Below are positions 1-9,003 of a stretch of 64,000 bases of DNA, one piece after another; position 1 is the first letter of the stretch, and each line of letters begins with the position of its first letter. The stretch is taken from contig CAZMRG010000001.1 of NCBI GenBank assembly GCA_964568655.1, forward strand, positions 2,815 to 66,814. Direction: 5' to 3'. Made by a program: the position numbers and the translations under genes. The DNA comes from an uncultured Ignavibacteriales bacterium (GTDB lineage Bacteria > Bacteroidota > Ignavibacteria > Tepidaquicellales > OLB5). The notes beneath the pieces are model-generated. The model saw only the letters and a program-made list of their open reading frames with translations, had not been told where the DNA came from and searched no databases.

Positions 1-779
1 TTCCGCGATAAATATGTGATAAGCAAAGCTATGGTTGTATGAACGCTTGGCATTGCGTCTCTTTGCACAAATTCAATTGGATTTGAGACTCCCTGCGGTA
101 TTGATTCGCCGAAGTTAATGAAACTTCTGATAGGCTCTGTTAAGAATAACCCCGGGAGCTCTTTTGAAATTGAATAGAAATTGTGCAGGTAGAACCTCGG
201 CCCGACCGCCGGGAAAACCATATAGAGCAAGTAACTTGAAAAGAATCCCGTAAACAGGACCAGCAATACATATTTAAAATCGTCAAATCTCTTCCAGAGG
301 TATATCTCCAGCCCGTAGACAACAATCATCAGGTAGTAATAAATATAAATGATCTGCAGAAATTCGGTAAGCGCGGGATTTGCAAATTGAAAAGCCCATT
401 TGGTCGGGTCTACGCCGAAGATGGAATAATCCAATTTAATGAAAACCATGTCCCAGTCATGAAGTTTCAGCGAATGGATTATGTGATAAACTTCTTTAAA
501 GGAAACCAGTATTACGGCTATCCCATACCAATACCGAAGTATTTTTAAAAGCGATCCATAATTCTTTTCGTCAATATTTTGCGAGACAAGTTTTCTCTGG
601 TATGAGCCGACCAATAATATAATACCGGATGCTATTATTATGTTCAGCAAAGCGAGGAGCGCCCAATAGGGGACCGCAGCGTTTACGAATAAAAAGATTC
701 CGCTTAGTATCAGAAGAAATACAACGGCGATAAGATCGGCAGGATATAAATATTTTATATATTTTCTGATCGTATTTTT
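1..779 (-). CDS. PAP2-superfamily-like polytopic membrane protein (5' portion; continues past window start)
   Basis: This open-ended minus-strand frame is absent from the ORF track. My translation reads ...RKYIKYLYPADLIAVVFLLILSGIFLFVNAAVPYWALLALLNIIIASGIILLVGSY...YLLYMVFPAVGPRFYLHNF...QRDAMPSVHTTIALLITYLSR. It shows several hydrophobic helices and a PSxH box as in PAP2/Aur1-like enzymes. There is an in-frame stop at 780-782. No ATG/GTG/TTG precedes the first helix, so the start is unresolved. Confidence 0.5.
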
Positions 780-793
780 TTATTACGTTTTGC

Positions 794-2179
794 TTATAGA
801 AGCCATCTGAGCAGGAAAGTAGCAAAAGTGAGGAACAGGCTGATTCCCACAACATCCTGAAAAGCCGTTTCAAACGGGCCCGCTGTAATGGCGGGGTCAA
901 AGCCAAAGCTCTTTGAAACCATAGGTATGGAGGTTCCCACAAGCCCTGAAATATTTATAGATAAGAACATTGAGAATCCAACAAGGAAACCAAATATGAA
1001 TTTCCCATACCATATACCCCCGACTATACCGATTACAATTCCGCAAACGGCGCCGATAATCAGGCTGGTCTGGAACGAACGTTTCACGGGCTCCCACCAT
1101 CTTGAAATGCTTGCGTGGCCGGTAGCAAGCGCACGAACGGTAATAGCGGCGGCCTGGAGGCCGGTATTACCGGAAATAGCGGAAATAATTGGCATGAATG
1201 ATGCAAGCAGAATCACCTTATTTAGCGTGTCGTCGTAATATTTGATTACAAAACCGGCGAATATTTCTATTCCAAGAGTAATCAGCACCCACGGCAGTCT
1301 TAACATTGCAATTTGCGCGGGCGATTTACTTTCAAGCTCCTCCGCGTCCGAACCGACGATCTTAGCTACGTCTTCTGAAAACTCAGTTTCTAAAATATCA
1401 ACAATATCATCTACTGAAATTCTGCCTACTAAAACTTTATTTTTATCAACAACAGGAAGCGTAACAAGGTCATACTTTTGAACTATCTTAGCCACTTCTT
1501 CCTGGTCTGTATCAGCATCTACCGATATTACTTCAGGGTTCATAATGTCGCTCACATGAATCTGGGGCGTTTCCAGAGCTAATATTATATCTTTCAGCGA
1601 AACTATCCCAATGAGTCTTCTTTGTTCGTCTGTGACCCAAACGTGATATAAGTGGTCCTCGTTTGTCGCTTCATTCCTGATCTCTCTTACCGCCTCTTCA
1701 ATTGTGTCGGTTGCCTTGCAGTCGATAAACTCTTTCTGCATGATACCGCCGGCGGTATGCTCGTCATAGGTCAGAAGTTCTTTAACGCCGGAAGAATCTT
1801 CTTTCTTCATCAGGTCAAGAACTTCAACCGCTTTTTTGTCTTCAAGAGTTGAGATCACATCTGCCGCGTCATCAGAATACATCTCGCTTACCATGGAGCT
1901 GATTTCCTGAGGCGAAAGAGTATCAAGTATCTTGTCTCTTTCATGGTCGTTCAGCTCAAGCAATACTTCGGATGCCGTAGTTTCAGGAAGTATCTTAAAC
2001 AGTTCCAGCCCGTCATCGCTGTCAAGGTTATTGATAATCAGCGCAATATCCGAGGGGTATATATCCGCCAGAATGTTTTTAAGCAATACGTCCGATTTAC
2101 TGCTGATCAGATCGGATATATCATTGAGAAGCTGTTCGTCAACTTCTATAACCGCTCTTTTTTGTTTTCTTTCTGCCAT
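794..2179 (-). CDS. mgtE: Magnesium transporter MgtE
   Basis: 461 aa with an N-terminal MgtE-N region and a CBS pair (GGIMQKEFIDCKATDTIEEAV; IVSLKDIILAL...VSDIMNPEVISV). The C-terminal channel domain carries FMPIISAISGNTGLQAAAITVRALATG and PFETAFQDVVGISLF. The ATG overlaps the tsaD stop (TAATG). Confidence 0.9.
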   Translation of the reverse strand: MAERKQKRAVIEVDEQLLNDISDLISSKSDVLLKNILADIYPSDIALIINNLDSDDGLELFKILPETTASEVLLELNDHERDKILDTLSPQEISSMVSEMYSDDAADVISTLEDKKAVEVLDLMKKEDSSGVKELLTYDEHTAGGIMQKEFIDCKATDTIEEAVREIRNEATNEDHLYHVWVTDEQRRLIGIVSLKDIILALETPQIHVSDIMNPEVISVDADTDQEEVAKIVQKYDLVTLPVVDKNKVLVGRISVDDIVDILETEFSEDVAKIVGSDAEELESKSPAQIAMLRLPWVLITLGIEIFAGFVIKYYDDTLNKVILLASFMPIISAISGNTGLQAAAITVRALATGHASISRWWEPVKRSFQTSLIIGAVCGIVIGIVGGIWYGKFIFGFLVGFSMFLSINISGLVGTSIPMVSKSFGFDPAITAGPFETAFQDVVGISLFLTFATFLLRWLL

Positions 2180-3243
2180 TAATATGAACTGTTTATCTGT
2201 TCAAAATCGAACCTGGCAAAAGCCGGCTCGTCGGTTAATTCTTTTTCCGTTAATTTATTTTGTGTTAATTCGTTTTCTATTGATCCCGGTGAAAACTTTG
2301 ATTTAAGATATGCAGTATAGCCAATCATAGCGGCATTGTCAGTAGAATATTTGGGTTCCGGAAAAAAAACCTTGATGCCCTTTGCGCCAAGTTTCTCAAA
2401 TTCGGAACGCAGTTTTGAATTGGCCGAAACTCCGCCTGATACGGCAATATTATGCACGCCGAAATCCTGGGCGGCGCTCAGGCTGTTTTCGACAAGGTTT
2501 CTCACAACCGCTTTCTGAAACGAAGCGCTTAAGTCATTTAACGGAATATTGGCGTTTGGCCCTGGATAATTTTTTTTCAGATAGTATAGAACCGAAGTTT
2601 TTATCCCGCTGAATGAAAAATCATACTTATTATCTTTAATATGTGAAACAGGGAATTCATGAAAATTCTCGTCGCCTGTTTTGGCAAGCGAATCAATTAA
2701 AGGGCCGCCGGGATACTCAAGCCCCATCATCTTAGCGACCTTATCAAATGCTTCGCCTGCTGCGTCATCCTGCGTCTGGCCAAGCAGCCTGTATTTAAAA
2801 TGGTCTTCAACAAGAAATAATATTGTGTGTCCGCCTGAAACTACCAGCGCAATAAAAGGCGCCGGCGCCGATTCTTTCCCGATAAAACATGAATACAGAT
2901 GAGACTCGATGTGATTTATCCCAATGAAAGGCGCCCCCAGCCCAATGGCAAAACTCTTTGCAAAATTATAACCAACAAGTAATGAACCTATCAGCCCTGG
3001 TCCCTGAGTGGCTGCCACCAGCCCTATTTGTTCTTTTGAAACACCTGCTTTCTCAATAGCCTCATTAACTATTCTATCGATTATCTTAATATGAGCCCTG
3101 GAAGCCAGTTCAGGTACGATGCCTCCGTATTCGGAATGAAATAACTGTGAAGAAATAACATTTGATAAAACAGTATTACCGCTTAAAACAGCGGCAGACG
3201 TTTCATCACAGGATGTCTCTATAGCAAAAATGTGTCCAGGCAT
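2179..3243 (-). CDS. tsaD: tRNA N6-adenosine threonylcarbamoyltransferase TsaD (Kae1/Gcp family)
   Basis: 354 aa. Motifs IFAIETSCDETSAAV, GINHIESHLY, LVVSGGHT, DDAAGEAFDKVAKMMGL.YPGGP and VSGGVSANSKLR, with a CSTDNAAMIG-like STDNAAMIGY. Confidence 0.92.
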   Translation of the reverse strand: MPGHIFAIETSCDETSAAVLSGNTVLSNVISSQLFHSEYGGIVPELASRAHIKIIDRIVNEAIEKAGVSKEQIGLVAATQGPGLIGSLLVGYNFAKSFAIGLGAPFIGINHIESHLYSCFIGKESAPAPFIALVVSGGHTILFLVEDHFKYRLLGQTQDDAAGEAFDKVAKMMGLEYPGGPLIDSLAKTGDENFHEFPVSHIKDNKYDFSFSGIKTSVLYYLKKNYPGPNANIPLNDLSASFQKAVVRNLVENSLSAAQDFGVHNIAVSGGVSANSKLRSEFEKLGAKGIKVFFPEPKYSTDNAAMIGYTAYLKSKFSPGSIENELTQNKLTEKELTDEPAFARFDFEQINSSY

Positions 3244-3543
3244 CTACAAAAATATCATTTTCTGTTAGGTATTGCAATTCTTACAATAAAATTAATGGTT
3301 TTCTAATAATATTTGTTTATTTTGGTACTTAAATTAGCTACGAATCCCGTATATACGGTATTGTATGAGGTAACCGTTAACACTAATTTTGCTTCAAGAA
3401 TCACTATTGTTATTAAATGTTAAGAAAATAATGTGTATATTGAATCACGTAACCTATAATCCTTTCATTGCTTATGGTGGTCGTGTAAAGTTAGATTTGA
3501 AGTTCAAAGCGTTAATGTAATAAAAAAACAGAGTTTAAGACCT

Positions 3544-4878
3544 ATGAATGAAATATTTTATATACTTCTTTGGGTTTGTTCAGTACTTCTGGTGATCAGC
3601 GGGATAGATGATGTGTTGGTTGACCTGCTGTACTGGTTCAACAGAAGCAAGTATCGCAGGAATCTGCCGAATCTTGATGATGTAAATGCAGCAGATGAAA
3701 ATCCTATTGCGCTTGTAATTTGCGCATGGAGGGAATATAAGGTAATTGGAAGAACTCTTACCTATGCTCTCAGCAAAATGAGGTATGCTAACTTCCAGAT
3801 ATTTGTCGGGGTTTATCCTAACGATACCAAGACGCTGGAAGTTGTTAAGAGGATCGCGCAGAAAAACAATAAAGTTGTCATATGCGTTAATTCGCATGAC
3901 GGACCTACAACAAAGGCGGATAACCTTAATAATGTTTACAATTCCATTAAGAGATTTGAAACCGATAATAACAGGCCTTTCCAGATAGTTCTTATTCATG
4001 ACTCGGAAGATTTTATACATCCGCTTTCACTAAAGCTCTTCAATTATATTTTATGTTACCAGGGAGTTGACGCCGTCCAGATCCCGGTGGTGCCGATAAA
4101 GGACGATAAGGGAAGATTTATTCACCGCACTTATTGCGACGCTTTCGCCGAAGTGCACTCTAAGGACCTGATAGTAAGGCAGGCGCTAAGAGTGTTTATT
4201 CCTTTTGCCGGAACAGGCATGGCTTTTAAAAGAGAGATATTCAAAAATCTCGAAGCCAATTACGAGCAGGTATTTAACGAGGCGAACCTTACAGAAGATT
4301 ATGAAATGGGCCTCAGGCTCTTCAAGCTTGGCTATAAGACGTCTTATATTAACCTGCTTGTTGATACTAAAAACTCAAATTCAAGGATAGCGACCGGCGA
4401 ATATTTTCCAAACAGTTTCTGGCAGGCGGTAAAGCAGCGCTCCAGGTGGACTGCCGGAATTTGCTTCCAGAACTGGAAAATGCACAAATGGGCGGGGAAT
4501 TTTAAAACCAAATACTTCCTGCTGCGCGACAGAAAAACTATATTCAGCAATTTCATGGTGCTTCTTTCAAACATTGTGTTCGCCATGTTCTTGTTTTATC
4601 TGCTGGGGTTCGGGCTCGGCATCAGCGTACTTGATTCGGTTGTGCAGGAAAACAGCATTCTTTGGTTTTTCCTGTGGTCATGTTTCGGGTTGATGGTTTG
4701 GCGCCTTGCTCATAGGTTCATATTTACATACAGCTGGTATGGTTTCCGTTATGCTGTTTTCAGCCTTGTAAGGCTGAACTTTGATAACCTGATAAACTTT
4801 TTTGCAACGTTCCGCGCGTTAAAAGTTTTTGTAGGGATGAGAAACAAAGTAGTCTGGGAAAAAACGGATCACTATTGA
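3544..4878 (+). CDS. NfrB-like membrane glycosyltransferase (GT2 exopolysaccharide synthase type), lacking a C-terminal cytoplasmic receptor domain
   Basis: 444 aa with an N-terminal TM helix, a GT2-like core and 3-4 C-terminal TM helices. The motifs are colinear with my recollection of the E. coli NfrB N-terminal part: ISGIDDVLVDLLYW, FVGVYPND, GPTTKADNLNNV, IHDSEDFIHP, LKLFNY, VQIPVVP, TYCDAFAEVHSKDL, LTEDYEMGLRL, EYFPNSFWQAVKQRSRWTAGICFQNW, YFLLRDRK, NLINFFATFRALK, VVWEKTDH. The protein ends immediately after the last motif. Confidence 0.75.
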   Translation: MNEIFYILLWVCSVLLVISGIDDVLVDLLYWFNRSKYRRNLPNLDDVNAADENPIALVICAWREYKVIGRTLTYALSKMRYANFQIFVGVYPNDTKTLEVVKRIAQKNNKVVICVNSHDGPTTKADNLNNVYNSIKRFETDNNRPFQIVLIHDSEDFIHPLSLKLFNYILCYQGVDAVQIPVVPIKDDKGRFIHRTYCDAFAEVHSKDLIVRQALRVFIPFAGTGMAFKREIFKNLEANYEQVFNEANLTEDYEMGLRLFKLGYKTSYINLLVDTKNSNSRIATGEYFPNSFWQAVKQRSRWTAGICFQNWKMHKWAGNFKTKYFLLRDRKTIFSNFMVLLSNIVFAMFLFYLLGFGLGISVLDSVVQENSILWFFLWSCFGLMVWRLAHRFIFTYSWYGFRYAVFSLVRLNFDNLINFFATFRALKVFVGMRNKVVWEKTDHY

Positions 4879-5024
4879 TATCTGTTAAGGAGATGTAATT
4901 TTAATGGGCAATCTTAAATTTGATTTTGGGATTGCCTATATTTTTTTCTACCGTTAAAAGGGTACTATAATACATTTATAATTAATCGAATATTGATTAT
5001 TTTTACTGATGAACCAAAACTATA

Positions 5025-6206
5025 TTGTTGGCTGCAGAGAATCTTAATATAATACTGTCGCCGGAAGAATTTAAAGACAAGAAAGTAATTGTCTTCTTTT
5101 TTGGCACAAGGCCTGAAATAATCAAACTTTTTGTCCTTTACAGGATACTGAGAAGGTCCTCCGAGTTTTATCCTCTGCTTTATAATACCGCACAGCAAAA
5201 GATATCAGGCGACGTTCTTGCTAATTTGGCGATAAATTGCGATTTAACCGCTGAAGAAATTCCAAACCGCACTAGCGACCTAAATCAGTTAATTGCGCAT
5301 TTACTGAACGATTTCAACAAAAAGTTCTCCGATAGTTCTCCAATAAAAAAAGAAAATATCCATGGCATTATTGTTCAGGGCGATACCGCCTCTGCTTTTG
5401 CAGGCGCGCTGTGGGGTTTTCTTAACCAGATCCCTGTATTTCATCTTGAAGCCGGTCTGCGCACTCTGGACAGAATGAACCCGTTTCCGGAAGAGTTCAT
5501 GCGCGAATCAATTGCGAGGACTGCTACAATACATTTTGCGCCTAAAGGTATCAACCGCGATAACTTAGTTAACGAAGGCATAAAAGGCGAGAAAGTATAT
5601 GTGATTGGGAATACAATTAACGATGCGATATTTACGCTGATAAAAGAAAAGAAAATTAAAGAGCCTGACCAGCATAATTATATTTTAAGCACTTTGCACA
5701 GGCGCGAAAACTGGAACCACGTTACCGAATACGCGAGAATTCTAAACACGGTTATGGATGAGCAGCCGTCATATACAAAGATACTTCACCTGATGCATCC
5801 TAACCCGTTGATACAAAAAAGTTTTGAATCGGTTTTAAGCGGTAAGGCGCATGAGAAGCTTGTTATTATGAATGCAATACATGATTACTTCGAAATGCTT
5901 GGTTATGTAAAAAATGCCGGTTCTATACTGACTGATTCCGGCGGTTTGCAGGAAGAATCATTATTCTTCAACGTGCCATGCGGTGTTTTAAGAAAGACTA
6001 CTGAGCGCCCCGAAGCGCTGAAAAAAAATGCAAAGCTTCTGCCGTTTGACAGGACCGCAGTTTCATCGTTCTTAACAGAAGCGGTTCATTACCGCGAAAC
6101 ACACCGCTCAAAATATAATTATACTTATGGATTCGGCGACTCAAGTTACCTTGTCTATGAGCTCCTGAAAAAATTCTACGGAATACAAACCGCGTTTACC
6201 ATTTAA
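5025..6206 (+). CDS. wecB: UDP-N-acetylglucosamine 2-epimerase family protein (WecB-type)
   Basis: 393 aa. Motifs FFFGTRPEIIKL, VQGDTASAFAGALWGF, PVFHLEAGLRT, NPFPEEFMRESIARTATIHFAP, STLHRRENW, LTDSGGLQEE and TERPEA. Only TTG (5025/5028) lies upstream of the conserved N-terminal strand, so a TTG start is assumed. Confidence 0.8.
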   Translation: MLAAENLNIILSPEEFKDKKVIVFFFGTRPEIIKLFVLYRILRRSSEFYPLLYNTAQQKISGDVLANLAINCDLTAEEIPNRTSDLNQLIAHLLNDFNKKFSDSSPIKKENIHGIIVQGDTASAFAGALWGFLNQIPVFHLEAGLRTLDRMNPFPEEFMRESIARTATIHFAPKGINRDNLVNEGIKGEKVYVIGNTINDAIFTLIKEKKIKEPDQHNYILSTLHRRENWNHVTEYARILNTVMDEQPSYTKILHLMHPNPLIQKSFESVLSGKAHEKLVIMNAIHDYFEMLGYVKNAGSILTDSGGLQEESLFFNVPCGVLRKTTERPEALKKNAKLLPFDRTAVSSFLTEAVHYRETHRSKYNYTYGFGDSSYLVYELLKKFYGIQTAFTI

Positions 6207-6221
6207 TTTTGGTCCGGTTTC

Positions 6222-8924
6222 CTACCTGTCGTTTACATTGATCTGTTTCCAGCAATTATCTTTCGTTTTGCAGAATCTCCAGCCAGTATAAGATACTATC
6301 GGGGTTATGCCGTCTTTTTCTATTATTTTCATTATCTGACTCAGCATTTTATTATCCAGTTTAACCAGCGAGTACTCGCTTCGGTAGAGCATGGGGCAAA
6401 TAGGGCTGCCGGTTCCTGTTTTATTTGGGTCCCCACCGCCATGGTGATAAACATTACACGCATGGCCAACTTCGTGCAGCACGCATAAGTTCATCCAGAA
6501 ATCAACAAGTACGTCAAGCTTAGCCGGATTTCTTATCTGATCGACTAAATTCTGGACTTCTTTTTTTGTGTAAACTACGCCGTCTATCTGAAAACCTGTT
6601 GGGAATTTTTTGAGCACATTTGATAATGAATCCGCTTCAATAGTCAGCCAGTTCCTTATCCTGTCAGGGAACATCACTGTTCTGGTTGCAAATTTTGGCG
6701 GTCCGTACCCGGGGTCATTATATCCGAAAACAAATGGTTCCTGGTGTTTCCCGTACGGATCGCTCATTCCATCCACTTTAACAAGATGGACAGCGTATTT
6801 AAGCCCGCTCGCATTGCCCCTGCAGAAATTCACCCACCTGTAATTCGCGTCAGTTTCGCTTCCGCCTTTATCACCGAACACCATGTCTTTAGTCAGCCAG
6901 TATGCTTTAATGCCGGATGCGGCTTTCCAGGATGAAATATCGAATATCTGGTTGTCATCCAGAACAAAGATCTCTTTCTGGTTCGGGTCCATTCTCACAT
7001 GTTCTTTCCCTGTTGAGCCGTCAGAAACGTAAAAGCCCCGGTATTCTTCGTAATTAGTCATGCCGTCGCCGGTTTTTGCCTGCCCTGTCGGATTAGGGTC
7101 CTCGTCCCAATCGCCCGGCTTTCCGTAAACATTATTCTTTTTCTCCCAGCCGTCTGCTATTTTGTTGTTGTTCAGGTCAAGCGGTATTGTAATAAATTTA
7201 TCAGGCGTACCGTCGCCTTCGGCTTCATACCAATTGCCGTTAACTTTTACCGATGCTTTAAGCTTGCCGAATGCGCCCCAATCTCTGCTAAAAACATTAA
7301 GCTGAACAGACTGTGATTTGCCAGTGAGCGACTTAACTGCCGTTAATTTTGTTATTTGAAAATCCGGATTCAGATCGGACATCTGTATGTCCTCATCAAC
7401 ATCATCATATTGTTCCATATCATTCATACATCTGCCTCTTTCTTTACTTACGTCAAACAAGGTAAAATCTATTTCTTCGGCAGTACATTTTTCGTCCGTA
7501 CCGTCTATTGAGATTGTTGCTGTAATGGTATAGACATGGTCAGGTTCGGGCAATTCGTTTTCATCAAGCTGCGCCAGAGAAACATTGACTTTGCAATCCT
7601 TATCTTTATCTTTTGGATTTTTATTTGGCCCGCCGTCAGGGCCGCCATCAGGTCCCCCGTTACCAAGCCTTTGGTTTGATGTGTTTGCGGGCGCGAATAC
7701 CAACCCGTTTATGTTGCTTAAGCCGGTAACATGATTGCTGTTTCCGCCTTTTTTATTGCCGGTCTGGATTTCTGTTACAAATTTATTAAGTGCATTGACG
7801 GAAACTGAATATCCGTTTTGCGTCCATCCGCTTTTATCAAGAAGAGAGTTTAGAGTATATTCGATTGATTTTAACTTAGTAAGCGTTGATAATGATTCGC
7901 CCTGCAGCCGTTCTGATTTTTTCTTTCCGAATGATTTTTTTACCAGACCGATAAAATCATCAGAGTCCTTCTTTATGCCGGAGTCGTCTGTCAGCGTATT
8001 CTCAACCGTCGTTTCTTCATTTGTTGAAATATTTTTTATAACGGCATTCTTAAATTTCGAAGCTCCTGCTTCATAATTGAGTTCTATTCTACATGAGCCG
8101 TCATCAAGTGAAACTATGTTGCCGTTATTATCTTTTTGTACGTTAACATCCGAGGGTATATAAACCTCTACATTTGATTTCTTATATCCTTCCGGAAAGC
8201 ATCGCATAAAAACTCCGTCGCCGATGGAAGTCCATGTTCCTGCGCTGATGTTTTTGCTTCCTTTTCCGATTGGCGCAATTCCGGTTTTAACGGCAATGTT
8301 CTCAACGTCCTCGTACGTCGAGCCCGCGTCGCTTAGCTTGCCCCGTAAACCGGTATAAAAATCAACAACATTCTTAGCATCCTGGGGCAGCAGGTCATAG
8401 GCTATTTGCTTTGTGTCAACTTCCATCTGTGCAATGTCTTCAGGATTCAGCAGGGGCTTTACTCTTATCTGAAAGTCCAGTGGATAAGAGCTGAATTTTT
8501 GCCCTGCTTCTATGCCCCAAACCAAAAGCTGAACATCTTTCTGATCAATTTCGGGATGTTCAGAGAACCTGCTTAAAACTGTCTTGATCAAATCCGCTTT
8601 GGCTCCTTTAAGCGGCGCAACTAAATATCCCGCGCCTTCTGTAGGAGCATAAGCGCCGGCATGCAGGCAAAATGTATTAAACCTGAATTTATAGTACCCC
8701 GGGCTTAAGTTTGTATTGAATTGAGCGTCCTGCTCAAGGTTCAGCTGTTTATCCAGGTTGTTAAGCCACAGCGCGCTCGGGTAAGCGTCTTTGATGCTTG
8801 TAGTAACCGCGTCTTCAAATACATCGCCCACGCCGGGAATCTTCTTCAATATATCGTCAAGCTGGGAGTAAGAATTACACGTAAATAGCAGAAGTGAAAA
8901 GATTGTTACGACAGTCTTTTTCAT
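6222..8924 (-). CDS. Large secreted protein with C-terminal metzincin-like zinc-protease motif
   Basis: 900 aa. The signal peptide is MKKTVVTIFSLLLFTCNSYSQ (SPI, or a relaxed lipobox). A G/P/D/K linker GGPDGGPDGGPNKNPKDKDKD lies at about 7596-7660. HEVGHACNVYHH (6441-6476) has HExxHxxxxxH spacing and is followed by SPICPMLY, a candidate Met-turn. A DWDEDPNPTGQAKTGDGMTNYEEYRGF acidic Ca-binding-like motif is present. There is no T9SS CTD. Confidence 0.6.
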   Translation of the reverse strand: MKKTVVTIFSLLLFTCNSYSQLDDILKKIPGVGDVFEDAVTTSIKDAYPSALWLNNLDKQLNLEQDAQFNTNLSPGYYKFRFNTFCLHAGAYAPTEGAGYLVAPLKGAKADLIKTVLSRFSEHPEIDQKDVQLLVWGIEAGQKFSSYPLDFQIRVKPLLNPEDIAQMEVDTKQIAYDLLPQDAKNVVDFYTGLRGKLSDAGSTYEDVENIAVKTGIAPIGKGSKNISAGTWTSIGDGVFMRCFPEGYKKSNVEVYIPSDVNVQKDNNGNIVSLDDGSCRIELNYEAGASKFKNAVIKNISTNEETTVENTLTDDSGIKKDSDDFIGLVKKSFGKKKSERLQGESLSTLTKLKSIEYTLNSLLDKSGWTQNGYSVSVNALNKFVTEIQTGNKKGGNSNHVTGLSNINGLVFAPANTSNQRLGNGGPDGGPDGGPNKNPKDKDKDCKVNVSLAQLDENELPEPDHVYTITATISIDGTDEKCTAEEIDFTLFDVSKERGRCMNDMEQYDDVDEDIQMSDLNPDFQITKLTAVKSLTGKSQSVQLNVFSRDWGAFGKLKASVKVNGNWYEAEGDGTPDKFITIPLDLNNNKIADGWEKKNNVYGKPGDWDEDPNPTGQAKTGDGMTNYEEYRGFYVSDGSTGKEHVRMDPNQKEIFVLDDNQIFDISSWKAASGIKAYWLTKDMVFGDKGGSETDANYRWVNFCRGNASGLKYAVHLVKVDGMSDPYGKHQEPFVFGYNDPGYGPPKFATRTVMFPDRIRNWLTIEADSLSNVLKKFPTGFQIDGVVYTKKEVQNLVDQIRNPAKLDVLVDFWMNLCVLHEVGHACNVYHHGGGDPNKTGTGSPICPMLYRSEYSLVKLDNKMLSQIMKIIEKDGITPIVSYTGWRFCKTKDNCWKQINVNDR

Positions 8925-9003
8925 TGTTTTGCTGATTGATTGTTTTAGATGGAAGTAAATATCGGAATAAAAACTTTAAAATGCTTAACGTATGGCGTGA
9001 GAT

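Noticed and set aside
571-942. 123-aa minus-strand ORF spanning the mgtE 3' end
   Set aside because: It overlaps both the mgtE coding sequence and the PAP2-like frame, and its translation is not protein-like. The alternative frame gives a coherent multi-TM protein.
2180-2320. M-box (Mg2+) riboswitch upstream of mgtE
   Set aside because: There is no leader. The mgtE start codon overlaps the stop of tsaD, so there is no room for a riboswitch.
3244-3543. 300-bp leader upstream of the NfrB-like gene as a riboswitch or sRNA
   Set aside because: It is AT-rich, with only short palindromes (CCGTATATACGG, GGTAACC/GTTAAC). I could not recognise any extended conserved-looking structure, so I cannot support a call without covariance data.
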